IMG/VR virus record: IMGVR_UViG_3300021067_000006
Coordinates: 26,838-90,837 of that record
Origin: a virus
Strand: one strand, 5' to 3'
Length of the DNA: 64,000 bases
Numbering within the stretch: the first letter of the stretch is position 1; each line of letters begins with the position of its first letter. The notes beneath the pieces were generated by a model. That model was not told where the DNA came from, made no database searches, and saw nothing but the letters and a program-made list of their open reading frames with translations. The position numbers and the translations under genes were made by a program. Shown here piece after piece: positions 62,949-64,000 of the stretch.

Positions 62949-63314
62949 CTAGCCCTCGTCGTCGGGCAGCGGCAGCGCGAGCACGTCGTTCGAGCGCTTC
63001 CCGTTCTCGGCCTCGATGAGCTCGACCATGAGCTCGACGAACCGCGTGTAACGCCACAGCGGCAGCTGCTCGAGCTCACCGATCGGCTGCCGCAGGTAGC
63101 GCGCGAGCCGAACTAGCCCACGGTCGATGATGAGGTCGAGCTCAGCCGCGTTGACGCGACCGCACTGCGCGACGAGCACGCTCGCGTCGCGCGCGTCGTA
63201 GTGAAAGCCGGTGAGTTTGCGTAGCCGCTCGCGCACGACCAGCGGGTCGAGCCGCCAACCGTCGCGGTCGTGGTCTATCCGGCGGTCCTGACAGCGACGC
63301 AATTGGAGAAAAAA
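62949..63314 (-). CDS. Tail assembly chaperone T-frame (-1 frameshift extension)
   Basis: No credible own start; entered via T TTT TTC; LARYLRQPIGELEQLPLW motif. Confidence 0.75.
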   Translation of the reverse strand, partial: FFLQLRRCQDRRIDHDRDGWRLDPLVVRERLRKLTGFHYDARDASVLVAQCGRVNAAELDLIIDRGLVRLARYLRQPIGELEQLPLWRYTRFVELMVELIEAENGKRSNDVLALPLPDDEG

Positions 63315-64000
63315 TCGACGGTCTCCGCGTCGTTGAGCGTGTGCAGCTGCAGGTATATCTGCACGAGCATCACGCGGATCTTCTCGCCGACTTGTTGCCA
63401 GAACAGGTCGACGTTGCCCGCGGTCGAAGCGCCATCCCACGACACGAGCTGCCCGTCGATCGCACGAATCATCGACTTTGTGAGCTCTTCCAGCACGCGA
63501 CTGCCGTCGCCGATGGCGCGGCCGAGCGCGAGTTTCTTGTCGCCGACGCTGATCGGCCAGCAGATGATCTGCCGCTCGCCGAGCTCGGGCGCCGCCGTCC
63601 ACTCGGCTTTGAACTTCATGAACACGACCCGAGCACCGCGCGGAATCTTGAGCCCCGCCGGCATGCGAACCCAGTCGGGCGCGCCGCCGCGCTCGGGCGC
63701 CGGCAGCTGCTGCCTCGCCTGCTGACGCTGCATCTCTGCGGCGATGGGGTCCTGCCCGAGCAGCGGCGCCGGCACGGCAGTAGGCTGTCCTGCGTTCGCA
63801 GGCGTCGGCACGGCCGGCTGCACTACCTCGGGCGGAACGCCACCGGTCGGCGCTGCTCCGCCGCGCAGCTCATGCTCGGGGAGCAGCGTTCGGTGAAGCG
63901 GCGGACGATCGAGCCCGGGCTGTCGATGCGGCGGCGGGTCGTAGTCGTCGGAAACAGGCAGTGGCTGGGCAAAAGAGGGATGAGAGGTGTTTGCCATCAC
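63275..64000 (-). CDS. Tail assembly chaperone (G-like), Pro-rich N-terminus
   Basis: Upstream of TMP; slippery heptamer near 3' end; start at window edge. Confidence 0.75.
   Translation of the reverse strand: MMANTSHPSFAQPLPVSDDYDPPPHRQPGLDRPPLHRTLLPEHELRGGAAPTGGVPPEVVQPAVPTPANAGQPTAVPAPLLGQDPIAAEMQRQQARQQLPAPERGGAPDWVRMPAGLKIPRGARVVFMKFKAEWTAAPELGERQIICWPISVGDKKLALGRAIGDGSRVLEELTKSMIRAIDGQLVSWDGASTAGNVDLFWQQVGEKIRVMLVQIYLQLHTLNDAETVDFFSNCVAVRTAG

Noticed and set aside
1-64000. Long plus-strand ORFs (e.g. 1983-3950, 21509-23521, 32735-34954, 43711-45492)
   Set aside because: Antisense shadows of motif-bearing minus-strand genes in high-GC DNA; Arg/Ala-rich with no recognisable motifs
45547-64000. 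Tail module as eCIS, tailocin or T6SS
   Set aside because: Contiguous and co-oriented with terminase and a full phage replisome, and shares the same cis motifs
1-64000. Very frequent CTCGAG/GAGCTC hexamers
   Set aside because: Explained by preferred CTC (Leu) and GAG (Glu) codons; not assessed as a signal without a codon-aware count
1-64000. tRNA, rRNA, integrase or transposase
   Set aside because: No recognisable signatures by eye; tRNAscan/HMM runs would be needed to exclude them formally

Overview
High-GC (about 70% by eye) segment of a large contractile-tailed (myovirus-like) phage genome. Essentially every credible gene is on the minus strand; the long plus-strand ORFs are antisense shadows. 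Read in transcription order (right to left), there are five blocks. (1) Tail/baseplate module, 64000-45547: frameshifting tail chaperone, tape measure, LysM/tail-X protein, hub, spike, LamG and HxH fibre proteins, GH73 muramidase, gp25/J/I wedge. (2) A structured intergenic region, ~45240-45545, a candidate origin or ncRNA. (3) Replication/recombination module, 45195-21452: SF2 helicase, DnaB, primase, HTH regulators, DUF932-like protein, phage sigma factor, PolB, SSB, RecA, split SbcD, SbcC, Hjc-like resolvase, ParB-like protein, CheY-like receiver, DinG. (4) Terminase small subunit, an SLT-like protein and a split large terminase, 19700-16010. (5) A long run of small early/accessory ORFs, 16000-1, including DnaA-domain-IV, ASCH, lipoprotein and degenerate ComM/YifB genes. 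I saw no capsid, portal, sheath, integrase, tRNA or CRISPR. The host may be a myxobacterium (inference only). The strongest unexplained signals form a layered cis-regulatory system: eight dispersed 22-bp palindromes; five early promoter cassettes sharing an operator-like dyad and covarying GCUGA-pentaloop hairpins; more than 20 -10-like hexamers at a fixed 6-7 nt before start codons (leaderless-type starts); and a leader-peptide/hairpin switch on the PolB start. All protein calls come from motif recognition, not database searches.
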